From Eledone cirrhosa (lineage: Eukaryota): DNA of 64,000 nucleotides. The notes below the pieces were generated by a model, which saw only the letters and a program-made list of their open reading frames with translations, made no database searches and was not told where the DNA came from. The stretch covers positions 102,920,001 through 102,984,000 of the forward strand of contig OZ024744.1 in assembly GCA_964016885.1 (NCBI GenBank). The letters are read 5' to 3'. A program made the position numbers and the translations under genes. Below are positions 37,401-50,000 of the stretch, one piece after another. How positions within the stretch are numbered: position 1 is the first letter of the stretch; each line of letters starts with the position of its first letter.

Positions 37401-40400
37401 TGCTGCCATGAAACTAAAAAGTAACCAGTTCCACTGTTTAAAGTGGTCCTGTTGCCATGAAACTAAAAAGTAAACAGTCTACTGTTTAAAGTGGTCCTGT
37501 TGCCATGAAACTAAAAAGTAAACAGTCTACTGTTTAAAGTGGTCCTGTTGCCGTGAAACTAAAAAGTAACCATTCCACTGTTTAAAGTGATTCTGTTGCC
37601 ATGAAACCAAAAAGTAGTCAGTCCACTGTTTAAAGTGGTCCTGCTGCCATAAAACTATAAAGTAATCAGTCTACTGTTTAAAGTGGTCCTGCTGACATGA
37701 AACTAAAAAGTAGTCAGTCCATGTTTAAAGTGGTCCTGCTGCCATGAAACTAAAAAGTAGTCTGTCCACCGTTTAAAGTGGTCGTGCTGCCATGAAACTA
37801 AAAATAGACAGTCCACTGTTTAAAGCGGTCCTGCTGCCAAGAAATTAAAAAGTAGTCAGTCTACTGTTTAAAGTGGTCCTTCTGCCATGAAACTAAAAAG
37901 TAACCAGTCTACTGTTTAAAGTGGTCCTGTTGCCATGAAACTAAAGAGTAACCAGTCCACTGTTTAAAGTGCTCCTGCTGCGACGAAACTAAAAATAGTC
38001 AGTCTACTGTTTAAAGTTATCCTGTTGCCATGAAACCAAAAAGTAGTCAGTCCACTGTTTAAAGTGGTCCTGCTGCCATGAAACTAAAAAGTAGTCCATC
38101 TACTGTTTAAAGTGGTCCTGCTGCCATGAAACTAAAAAGTAACCAGTCTACTGCTTAAAGTGGTTCTGTTGCCATGAAACTAAAAAGCAGTCAGTCTACT
38201 GTTTAAAGTGGTCCTGTTGCCATGAAACTCAAAAGTAACCAGTCCACTGTTTAATATGGTCCTGTTGCCATGAAACTAAAAAGTAGCCAGTCTACTGTTT
38301 AAAGTGGTCCTGCTGCCATGAAACTAAAAAGTAACCATTGCACTGTTTAAAGTGGTCCTGCTGCCATGAAACTAAAAAGTAGTCATTATACTGTTTAAAG
38401 TGGTTCTGCTGCCATGAAAGTAAAAAGTAACCAGTCCACTGTTTAAAGTGGTCCTGCTGCCATGAAACTAAAAAGTAACCAGTCTACTGCTTAAAGTGGC
38501 CCTGTTGCCATGAAACTAAAAAGTAGTCAGTCTACTGTTTAAAGTGGTCCTGCTGCCATGAAACTAAAAAGTAGTCAGTCTACTGTTTAAAGTGGTCCTG
38601 TTGCCATGAAACTAAAAAAATAGTCAGTCTGCTGTTTAAAGTGGTCCTGCTGCCATCAAACTAAAAAGTAACCAGTCCAGTATTTAAAGTGGTCCTGCTG
38701 CCATGAAACTAAAAAGTAACCAGTCTACTGCTTAAAGTGGCCCTGTTGCCATGAAACTAAAAAGTAGTCAGTCTACTGTTTAAAGTGGTCCTGCTGCCAT
38801 GAAACTAAAAAGTAGTCAGTCTACTGTTTAAAGTGGTCCTGTTGCCATGAAACTAAAAAAATAGTCAGTCTGCTGTTTAAAGTGGTCCTGCTGCCATGAA
38901 ACTAAAAAGTAACCAGTCCAGTATTTAAAGTGGTCCTGCTGCCATGAAACTAAAAATTAGTCAGTCTACTGTTTAAAGTGGTCCTGTTGCCATGAAACTA
39001 AAAAGTGGTCAGTCTACTGTTCAAAGTGGTCCTGCTGCCATGGAACTAAAAAGTAGTCAGTCTACTGTTTAACTGGTCTTGTTGCCATGAAACTAAAAAG
39101 TAACCAGTCTACTGGTCAAAGTGGTCCTGCTGCCATGAAACTAAAAAGTAGTCAGTCAACTGTTTAAAGTGGTCCTGCTGCCATGAAACTAAAAAGTAGT
39201 CAGTCTACTGTTTAAACTGGCCCTGCTGCCATGAAACTAAAAAGTAACCAGTTCCACTGTTTAAAGTGGTCCTGTTGCCATGAAACTAAAAAGTAAACAG
39301 TCTACTGTTTAAAGTGGTCCTGTTGCCATGAAACTAAAAAGTAAACAGTCTACTGTTTAAAGTGGTCCTGTTGCCGTGAAACTAAAAAGTAACCATTCCA
39401 CTGTTTAAAGTGATTCTGTTGCCATGAAACCAAAAAGTAGTCAGTCCACTGTTTAAAGTGGTCCTGCTGCCATAAAACTATAAAGTAATCAGTCTACTGT
39501 TTAAAGTGGTCCTGCTGACATGAAACTAAAAAGTAGTCAGTCCATGTTTAAAGTGGTCCTGCTGCCATGAAACTAAAAAGTAGTCTGTCCACCGTTTAAA
39601 GTGGTCGTGCTGCCATGAAACTAAAAATAGACAGTCCACTGTTTAAAGCGGTCCTGCTGCCAAGAAATTAAAAAGTAGTCAGTCTACTGTTTAAAGTGGT
39701 CCTTCTGCCATGAAACTAAAAAGTAACCAGTCTACTGCTTAAAGTGGTCCTGTTGCCATGAAACGAAAGAGTAACCAGTCCACTGTTTAAAGTGCTCCTG
39801 CTGCGACGAAACTAAAAATAGTCAGTCTACTGTTTAAAGTTATCCTGTTGCCATGAAACCAAAAAGTAGTCAGTCCACTGTTTAAAGTGGTCCTGCTGCC
39901 ATGAAACTAAAAAGTAGTCAGTCTACTGTTTAAAGTGGTCCTGCTGCCATGAAACTAAAAAGTAACCAGTCTACTGCTTAAAGTGGTTCTGTTGCCATGA
40001 AACTAAAAAGCAGTCAGTCTACTGTTTAAAGTGGTCCTGTTGCCATGAAACTCACAAGTAACCAGTCCACTGTTTAATATGGTCCTGTTGCCATGAAACT
40101 AAAAAGTAGCCAGTCTACTGTTTAAAGTGGTCCTGCTGCCATGAAACTAAAAAGTAACCATTGCACTGTTTAAAGTGGTCCTGCTGCCATGAAACTAAAA
40201 AGTAGTCATTATACTGTTTAAAGTGGTTCTGCTGCCATGAAAGTAAAAAGTAACCAGTCCACTGTTTAAAGTGGTCCTGCTGCCATGAAACTAAAAAGTA
40301 ACCAGTCTACTGCTTAAAGTGGCCCTGTTGCCATGAAACTAAAAAGTAGTCAGTCTACTGTTTAAAGTGGTCCTGCTGCCATGAAACTAAAAAGTAGTCA

Positions 40401-43400
40401 GTCTACTGTTTAAAGTGGTCCTGTTGCCATGAAACTAAAAAAATAGTCAGTCTGCTGTTTAAAGTGGTCCTGCTGCCATCAAACTAAAAAGTAACCAGTC
40501 CAGTATTTAAAGTGGTCCTGCTGCCATGAAACTAAAAATTAGTCAGTCTACTGTTTAAAGTGGTCCTGTTGCCATGAAACTAAAAAGTGGTCAGTCTACT
40601 GTTCAAAGTGGTCCTGCTGCCATGGAACTAAAAAGTAGTCAGTCTACTGTTTAACTGGTCTTGTTGCCATGAAACTAAAAAGTAACCAGTCTACTGGTCA
40701 AAGTGGTCCTGCTGCCATGAAACTAAAAAGTAGTCAGTCAACTGTTTAAAGTGGTCCTGCTGCCATGAAACTAAAAAGTAACCAGTCCACTGTTTAAAGT
40801 GGTACTGTTGCAATGAAACTAAAAAGTAACCAGTCCACTGTTTAAAGTGGTACTGTTGCAATGAAACTAAAAAGTAGTCAGTCCACTGTTTAAAGTGGTC
40901 CTGCTGCCATGAAACTAAAAAGTAACCAGTCTACTGCTTAAAGTGGTCCTGTTTCCATGAAACTAAAAAAATAGTCAGTCTGCTGTTTAAAGTGGTCCTG
41001 CTGCCATGAAACTAAAAAGTAACCAGTCCAGTATTTAAAGTGGTCCTGTTGCCATGAAACTAAAAAATAGTCAGTCTACTGTTTAAAGTGGTCCTGTTGC
41101 CATGAAACTAAAAAGTGGTCAGTCTACTGTTCAAAGTGGTCCTGCTTCCATGAAACTAAAAAGTAGTCAGTCTACTGTTTAACTGGTCTTGTTGCCATGA
41201 AACTAAAAAGTAACCAGTCTACTGGTCAAAGTGGTCCTGCTGCCATGAAACTAAAAAGTAGTCAGTCAACTGTTTAAAGTGGTCCTGCTGCCATGAAACT
41301 AAAAAGTAGTCAGTCTACTGTTTAAACTGGTCCTGCTGCCATGAAACTAAAAAGTAACCAGTTCCACTGTTTAAAGTGGTCCTGTTGCCATGAAACTAAA
41401 AAGTAAACAGTCTACTGTTTAAAGTGGTCCTGTTGCCATGAAACTAAAAAGTAAACAGTCTACTGTTTAAAGTGGTCCTGTTGCCGTGAAACTAAAAAGT
41501 AACCATTCCACTGTTTAAAGTGATCCTGTTGCCATGAAACCAAAAAGTAGTCAGTCCACTGTTTAAAGTGGTCCTGGTGCCATAAAACTATAAAGTAATC
41601 AGTCTACTGTTTAAAGTGGTCCTGCTGACATGAAACTAAAAAGTAGTCAGTCCATGTTTAAAGTGGTCCTGCTGCCATGAAACTAAAAAGTAGTCTGTCC
41701 ACCGTTTAAAGTGGTCGTGCTGCCATGAAACTAAAAATAGTCAGTCCACTGTTTAAAGCGGTCCTGCTGCCAAGAAATTAAAAAGTAGTCAGTCTACTGT
41801 TTAAAGTGGTCCTTCTGCCATGAAAATAAAAAGTAGTCAGTCCACTGTTTAAAGTGGTCCTGCTGCCATGAAACTAAAAAGTAACCAGTCTACTGTTTAA
41901 AGTGGTCCTGTTGCCATGAAACTAAAGAGTAACCAGTCCACTGTTTAAAGTGCTCCTGCTGCCATGAAACTAAAAATAGTCAGTCTACTTTTTAAAGTGG
42001 TCCTGTTGCCATGGAACTAAAAAGTAGTCAGTCCGATATTTAAAGTGGTCCTGCTGCCATGAAACAAAAAAGTAGTCAGTCTACTGTTTAAAGTTATCCT
42101 GTTGCCATGAAACCAAAAAGTAACCAGTCCACTGTTTAAAGTGGTACTGTTGCAATGAAACTAAAAAGTAACCAGTCCACTGTTTAAAGTGGTACTGTTG
42201 CAATGAAACTAAAAAGTAGTCAGTCTACTGTTTAAAGTGGTCCTGCTGCCATGAAAATAAAAAGTAGTCAGTCCACTGTTTAAAGTGGTCCTGCTGTCAT
42301 GAAACTAAAAAGTAACCAGTCTACTGCTTAAAGTGGTCCTGTTGCCATTAAACTAAAAAGTAACCAGTCAACTGTATAAAGTTGTCCTGCTGCCATGAAA
42401 CTAAAAAGTAACCAGTCTACTGTTTAAAGTGGTCCTGTTGCCATGAAACTAAAGAGTAACCAGTCCACTGTTTAAAGTGCTCCTGCTGCCATGAAACTAA
42501 AAAGTAGTCAGTCTACTGTTTAAAGTGGTCCTGCTGCCATGAAACTAAAAAGTAACCAGTCTACTGTTTAAAGTGGTCCTGCTGCCATGAAACTAAAAAG
42601 TAGTCAGTCTACTGTTTAAAGTAATCCTGTTGCCATGAAACCAAAAAGTAGTCAGTCCACTGTTTAAAGTGGTCCTGCTGCCATGAAACTAAAAAGTAGT
42701 CAGTCTACTGTTTAAAGTGGTCCTGCTGCCATGAAACTAAAAAGTAACCAGTCTACTGTTTAAAGTGCTCCTGCTGCCATGAAACTAAAAAGTAGTCAGT
42801 CTACTGTTTAAAGTGGTCCTGCTGCCATGAAACTAAAAAGTAGTCAGTCTACTGTTTAAAGTGGTCCTGCTGCCATGAAACTAAAAAGTAACCAGTCTAC
42901 TGTTTAAAGTGGTCCTGCTGCCATGGAACTAAAAAGTAATCAGTCTACTGTTTAAAGTGGGCCTGCTGCTATGAAACTAAAAAGTAGTCAGTCCACTGTT
43001 TAAAGTGGTTCTGCTGCCATGAAACTAAAAAGTAACCAGTCCACTGTTTAAAGTGGTACTGTTGCAATGAAACTAAAAAGTAACCAGTCCACTGTTTAAA
43101 GTGGTACTGTTGCAATGAAACTAAAAAGTAGTCAGTCCACTGTTTAAAGTGGTCCTGCTGCCATGAAACTAAAAAGTAACCAGTCTACTGCTTAAAGTGG
43201 CCCTGTTGCCATGAAACTAAAAAGTAGTCAGTCTACTGTTTAAAGTGGTCCTGCTGCCATGAAACTAAAAAGTAGTCAGTCTACTGTTTAAAGTGGTCCT
43301 GTTGCCATGAAACTAAAAAAATAGTCAGTCTGCTGTTTAAAGTGGTCCTGCTGCCATGAAACTAAAAAGTAACCAGTCCAGTATTTAAAGTGGTCCTGCT

Positions 43401-46400
43401 GCCATGAAACTAAAAATTAGTCAGTCTACTGTTTAAAGTGGTCCTGTTGCCATGAAACTAAAAAGTGGTCAGTCTACTGTTCAAAGTGGTCCTGCTGCCA
43501 TGGAACTAAAAAGTAGTCAGTCTACTGTTTAACTGGTCTTGTTGCCATGAAACTAAAAAGTAACCAGTCTACTGGTCAAAGTGGTCCTGCTGCCATGAAA
43601 CTAAAAAGTAGTCAGTCAACTATTTAAAGTGGTCCTGCTGCCATGAAACTAAAAAGTAGTCAGTCTACTGTTTAAACTGGCCCTGCTGCCATGAAACTAA
43701 AAAGTAACCAGTTCCACTGTTTAAAGTGGTCCTGTTGCCATGAAACTAAAAAGTAAACAGTCTACTGTTTAAAGTGGTCCTGTTGCCATGAAACTAAAAA
43801 GTAAACAGTCTACTGTTTAAAGTGGTCCTGTTGCCGTGAAACTAAAAAGTAACCATTCCACTGTTTAAAGTGATTCTGTTGCCATGAAACCAAAAAGTAG
43901 TCAGTCCACTGTTTAAAGTGGTCCTGCTGCCATAAAACTATAAAGTAATCAGTCTACTGTTTAAAGTGGTCCTGCTGACATGAAACTAAAAAGTAGTCAG
44001 TCCATGTTTAAAGTGGTCCTGCTGCCATGAAACTAAAAAGTAGTCTGTCCACCGTTTAAAGTGGTCGTGCTGCCATGAAACTAAAAATAGACAGTCCACT
44101 GTTTAAAGCGGTCCTGCTGCCAAGAAATTAAAAAGTAGTCAGTCTACTGTTTAAAGTGGTCCTTCTGCCATGAAACTAAAAAGTAACCAGTCTACTGTTT
44201 AAAGTGGTCCTGTTGCCATGAAACTAAAGAGTAACCAGTCCACTGTTTAAAGTGCTCCTGCTGCGACGAAACTAAAAATAGTCAGTCTACTGTTTAAAGT
44301 TATCCTGTTGCCATGAAACCAAAAAGTAGTCAGTCCACTGTTTAAAGTGGTCCTGCTGCCATGAAACTAAAAAGTAGTCCATCTACTGTTTAAAGTGGTC
44401 CTGCTGCCATGAAACTAAAAAGTAACCAGTCTACTGCTTAAAGTGGTTCTGTTGCCATGAAACTAAAAAGCAGTCAGTCTACTGTTTAAAGTGGTCCTGT
44501 TGCCATGAAACTCAAAAGTAACCAGTCCACTGTTTAATATGGTCCTGTTGCCATGAAACTAAAAAGTAGCCAGTCTACTGTTTAAAGTGGTCCTGCTGCC
44601 ATGAAACTAAAAAGTAACCATTGCACTGTTTAAAGTGGTCCTGCTGCCATGAAACTAAAAAGTAGTCATTATACTGTTTAAAGTGGTTCTGCTGCCATGA
44701 AAGTAAAAAGTAACCAGTCCACTGTTTAAAGTGGTCCTGCTGCCATGAAACTAAAAAGTAACCAGTCTACTGCTTAAAGTGGCCCTGTTGCCATGAAACT
44801 AAAAAGTAGTCAGTCTACTGTTTAAAGTGGTCCTGCTGCCATGAAACTAAAAAGTAGTCAGTCTACTGTTTAAAGTGGTCCTGTTGCCATGAAACTAAAA
44901 AAATAGTCAGTCTGCTGTTTAAAGTGGTCCTGCTGCCATCAAACTAAAAAGTAACCAGTCCAGTATTTAAAGTGGTCCTGCTGCCATGAAACTAAAAAGT
45001 AACCAGTCTACTGCTTAAAGTGGCCCTGTTGCCATGAAACTAAAAAGTAGTCAGTCTACTGTTTAAAGTGGTCCTGCTGCCATGAAACTAAAAAGTAGTC
45101 AGTCTACTGTTTAAAGTGGTCCTGTTGCCATGAAACTAAAAAAATAGTCAGTCTGCTGTTTAAAGTGGTCCTGCTGCCATGAAACTAAAAAGTAACCAGT
45201 CCAGTATTTAAAGTGGTCCTGCTGCCATGAAACTAAAAATTAGTCAGTCTACTGTTTAAAGTGGTCCTGTTGCCATGAAACTAAAAAGTGGTCAGTCTAC
45301 TGTTCAAAGTGGTCCTGCTGCCATGGAACTAAAAAGTAGTCAGTCTACTGTTTAACTGGTCTTGTTGCCATGAAACTAAAAAGTAACCAGTCTACTGGTC
45401 AAAGTGGTCCTGCTGCCATGAAACTAAAAAGTAGTCAGTCAACTGTTTAAAGTGGTCCTGCTGCCATGAAACTAAAAAGTAGTCAGTCTACTGTTTAAAC
45501 TGGCCCTGCTGCCATGAAACTAAAAAGTAACCAGTTCCACTGTTTAAAGTGGTCCTGTTGCCATGAAACTAAAAAGTAAACAGTCTACTGTTTAAAGTGG
45601 TCCTGTTGCCATGAAACTAAAAAGTAAACAGTCTACTGTTTAAAGTGGTCCTGTTGCCGTGAAACTAAAAAGTAACCATTCCACTGTTTAAAGTGATTCT
45701 GTTGCCATGAAACCAAAAAGTAGTCAGTCCACTGTTTAAAGTGGTCCTGCTGCCATAAAACTATAAAGTAATCAGTCTACTGTTTAAAGTGGTCCTGCTG
45801 ACATGAAACTAAAAAGTAGTCAGTCCATGTTTAAAGTGGTCCTGCTGCCATGAAACTAAAAAGTAGTCTGTCCACCGTTTAAAGTGGTCGTGCTGCCATG
45901 AAACTAAAAATAGACAGTCCACTGTTTAAAGCGGTCCTGCTGCCAAGAAATTAAAAAGTAGTCAGTCTACTGTTTAAAGTGGTCCTTCTGCCATGAAACT
46001 AAAAAGTAACCAGTCTACTGCTTAAAGTGGTCCTGTTGCCATGAAACGAAAGAGTAACCAGTCCACTGTTTAAAGTGCTCCTGCTGCGACGAAACTAAAA
46101 ATAGTCAGTCTACTGTTTAAAGTTATCCTGTTGCCATGAAACCAAAAAGTAGTCAGTCCACTGTTTAAAGTGGTCCTGCTGCCATGAAACTAAAAAGTAG
46201 TCAGTCTACTGTTTAAAGTGGTCCTGCTGCCATGAAACTAAAAAGTAACCAGTCTACTGCTTAAAGTGGTTCTGTTGCCATGAAACTAAAAAGCAGTCAG
46301 TCTACTGTTTAAAGTGGTCCTGTTGCCATGAAACTCACAAGTAACCAGTCCACTGTTTAATATGGTCCTGTTGCCATGAAACTAAAAAGTAGCCAGTCTA

Positions 46401-47063
46401 CTGTTTAAAGTGGTCCTGCTGCCATGAAACTAAAAAGTAACCATTGCACTGTTTAAAGTGGTCCTGCTGCCATGAAACTAAAAAGTAGTCATTATACTGT
46501 TTAAAGTGGTTCTGCTGCCATGAAAGTAAAAAGTAACCAGTCCACTGTTTAAAGTGGTCCTGCTGCCATGAAACTAAAAAGTAACCAGTCTACTGCTTAA
46601 AGTGGCCCTGTTGCCATGAAACTAAAAAGTAGTCAGTCTACTGTTTAAAGTGGTCCTGCTGCCATGAAACTAAAAAGTAGTCAGTCTACTGTTTAAAGTG
46701 GTCCTGTTGCCATGAAACTAAAAAAATAGTCAGTCTGCTGTTTAAAGTGGTCCTGCTGCCATCAAACTAAAAAGTAACCAGTCCAGTATTTAAAGTGGTC
46801 CTGCTGCCATGAAACTAAAAATTAGTCAGTCTACTGTTTAAAGTGGTCCTGTTGCCATGAAACTAAAAAGTGGTCAGTCTACTGTTCAAAGTGGTCCTGC
46901 TGCCATGGAACTAAAAAGTAGTCAGTCTACTGTTTAACTGGTCTTGTTGCCATGAAACTAAAAAGTAACCAGTCTACTGGTCAAAGTGGTCCTGCTGCCA
47001 TGAAACTAAAAAGTAGTCAGTCAACTGTTTAAAGTGGTCCTGCTGCCATGAAACTAAAAAGTA
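34474..47063 (+). repeat. 6,283-bp near-perfect tandem duplication (34474-40756 and 40757-47039; match runs to 47063)
   Basis: GTTTCCATG at 34668/40951, GGTCCTGGTG at 35287/41570, AGTCAACTAT at 37331/43614 and CTCACAAG at 40051/46334 all show offset exactly 6283. Confidence 0.92.
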
Positions 47064-50000
47064 GTCAGTCTACTGTTTAAACTGGCCCTGCTGCCATGAA
47101 ACTAAAAAGTAACCAGTTCCACTGTTTAAAGTGGTCCTGTTGCCATGAAACTAAAAAGTAAACAGTCTACTGTTTAAAGTGGTCCTGTTACCATGAAACT
47201 AAAAAGTAAACAGTCTACTGTTTAAAGTGGTCCTGTTGCCGTGAAACTAAAAAGTAACCATTCCACTGTTTAAAGTGATCCTGTTGCCATGAAACCAAAA
47301 AGTAGTCAGTCCACTGTTTAAAGTGGTCCTGCTGCCATAAAACTATAAAGTAATCAGTCTACTGTTTAAAGTGGTCCTGCTGACATGAAACTAAAAAGTA
47401 GTCAGTCCATGTTTAAAGTGGTCCTGCTGCCATGAAACTAAAAAGTAGTCTGTCCACCGTTTAAAGTGGTCGTGCTGCCATGAAACTAAAAATAGTCAGT
47501 CCACTGTTTAAAGCGGTCCTGCTGCCAAGAAATTAAAAAGTAGTCAGTCTACTGTTTAAAGTGCTCCTGCTGCGACGAAACTAAAAATAGTCAGTCTACT
47601 GTTTAAAGTGGTCCTGTTGCCATGAAACTCAAAAGTAACCAGTCCACTGTTTAATATGGTCCTGTTGCCTTGAAACTAAAAAGTAGCCAGTCTACTGTTT
47701 AAAGTGGTCCTGCTGCCATGAAACTAAAAAGTAACCATTGCACTGTTTAAAGTGGTCCTGCTGCCATGAAACTAAAAAGTAGTCATTATACTGTTTAAAG
47801 TGGTTCTGCTGCCATGAAAGTAAAAAGTAACCAGTCCACTGTTTAAAGTGGTCCTGCTGCCATGAAACTAAAAAGTAGTCAGTCTACTGTTTAAAGTGGT
47901 CCTGTTGCCATGAAACTAAAAAGTAGTCAGTCCACTGTTTAAAGTGGTCCTGCTGCCATGAAACTAAAAAGTAGTCAGTCTACTATTTAAAGTGATCCTG
48001 TTGCCATGAAACCAAAAAGTAGTCAGTCCACTGTTTAAAGTGGTCCTGCTGCCATAAAACTATAAAGTAATCAGTCTACTGTTTAAAGTGGTCCTGTTGC
48101 AATGAAACTAAAGAGTAACCAGTCCACTGTTTAAAGTGCTCCTGCTGCCATGAAACTAAAAATAGTCAGTCTACTTTTTAAAGTGGTCCTGTTGCCATGA
48201 AACTAAAAAGTAGTCAGTCCGATATTTAAAGTGGTCCTGCTGCCATGAAACTAAAAAGTAGTCAGTCTACTGTTTAAAATTATCCTGTTGCCATGAAACC
48301 AAAAAGTAGTCAGTCCACTGTTTAAAGTGGTCCTGCTGCCATGAAACTAAAAAGTAGTCAGTCTACTGTTTAAAGTGGTCCTGCTGCCATGAAACTAAAA
48401 AGTAACCAGTCTACTGTTTAAAGTGGTCCTGCTGCCATGAAACTAAAATTTAGTCAGTCTACTGTTTAAAGTGGTCCTGCTGCCATGAAAATAAAAAGTA
48501 GTCAGTCCACTGTTTAAAGTGGTCCTGCTGCCATGAAACTAAAAAGTAACCAGTCTACTGTATAAAGTTGTCCTGCTGCCATGAAACTAAAAAGTAACCA
48601 GTCTACTGTTTAAAGTGGTCCTGTTGCCATGAAACTAAAGAGTAACCAGTCCACTGTTTAAAGTGCTCCTGCTGCCATGAAACTAAAAAGTAACCAGTCC
48701 ACTGTTTAAAGTGGTACTGTTGCAATGAAACTAAAAAGTAGTCAGTCCACTGTTTAAAGTGGTCCTGCTGCCATAAAACTATAAAGTAATCAGTCTACTG
48801 TTTAAAGTGGTCCTGCTGACATGAAACTAAAAAGTAGTCAGTCCATGTTTAAAGTGGTCCTGCTGCCATGAAACTAAAAAGTAGTCTGTCCACCGTTTAA
48901 AGTGGTCGTGCTGCCATGAAACTAAAAATAGTCAGTCCACTGTTTAAAGCGGTCCTGCTGCTAAGAAATTAAAAAGTAGTCAGTCTACTGTTTAAAGTTG
49001 TCCTTCTGCCATGAAAATAAAAAGTAGTCAGTCCACTGTTTAAAGTGGTCCTGCTGCCATGAAACTAAAAAGTAACCAGTCTACTGTTTAAAGTGGTCCT
49101 GTTGCCATGAAACTAAAGAGTAACCAGTCCACTGTTTAAAGTGCTCCTGCTGCCATGAAACTAAAAATAGTCAGTCTACTTTTTAAAGTGGTCCTGTTGC
49201 CATGGAACTAAAAAGTAGTCAGTCCGATATTTAAAGTGGTCCTGCTGCCATGAAACTAAAAAGTAGTCAGTCTACTGTTTAAAGTTATCCTGTTGCCATG
49301 AAACCAAAAAGTAGTCAGTCCACTGTTTAAAGTGGTCCTGCTGCCATGAAAGTAAAAAGTAGTCAGTCTACTGTTTAAAGTGGTCCTGCTGCCATGAAAC
49401 TAAAAAGTAACCAGTCTACTGTTTAAAGTGGTCCTGCTGCCATGAAACTAAAAAGTAGTCAGACTACTGTTTAAAGTGGTTCTGCTGCCATGAAAATAAA
49501 AAGTAGTCAGTCCACTGTTTAAAGTGGTCCTGCTGTCATGAAACTAAAAAGTAACCAGTCCACTGTTTAAAGTGGTACTGTTGCAATGAAACTAAAAAGT
49601 AACCAGTCCACTGTTTAAAGTGGTACTGTTGCAATGAAACTAAAAAGTAGTCAGTCCACTGTTTAAAGTGGTCCTGCTGCCATGAAACTAAAAAGTAACC
49701 AGTCTACTGCTTAAAGTGGTCCTGTTGCCATGAAACTAAAAAGTAGTCAGTCTACTGTTTAAAGTGGTCCTGCTGCCATGAAACTAAAAAGTAGTCAGTC
49801 TACTGTTTAAAGTGGTCCTGTTGCCATGAAACTAAAAAAATAGTCAGTCTGCTGTTTAAAGTGGTCCTGCTGCCATGAAACTAAAAAGTAACCAGTACAG
49901 TATTTAAAGTGGTCCTGCTGCCATGAAACTAAAAATTAGTCAGTCTACTGTTTAAAGTGGTCCTGTTGCCATGAAACTAAAAAGTGGTCAGTCTACTGTT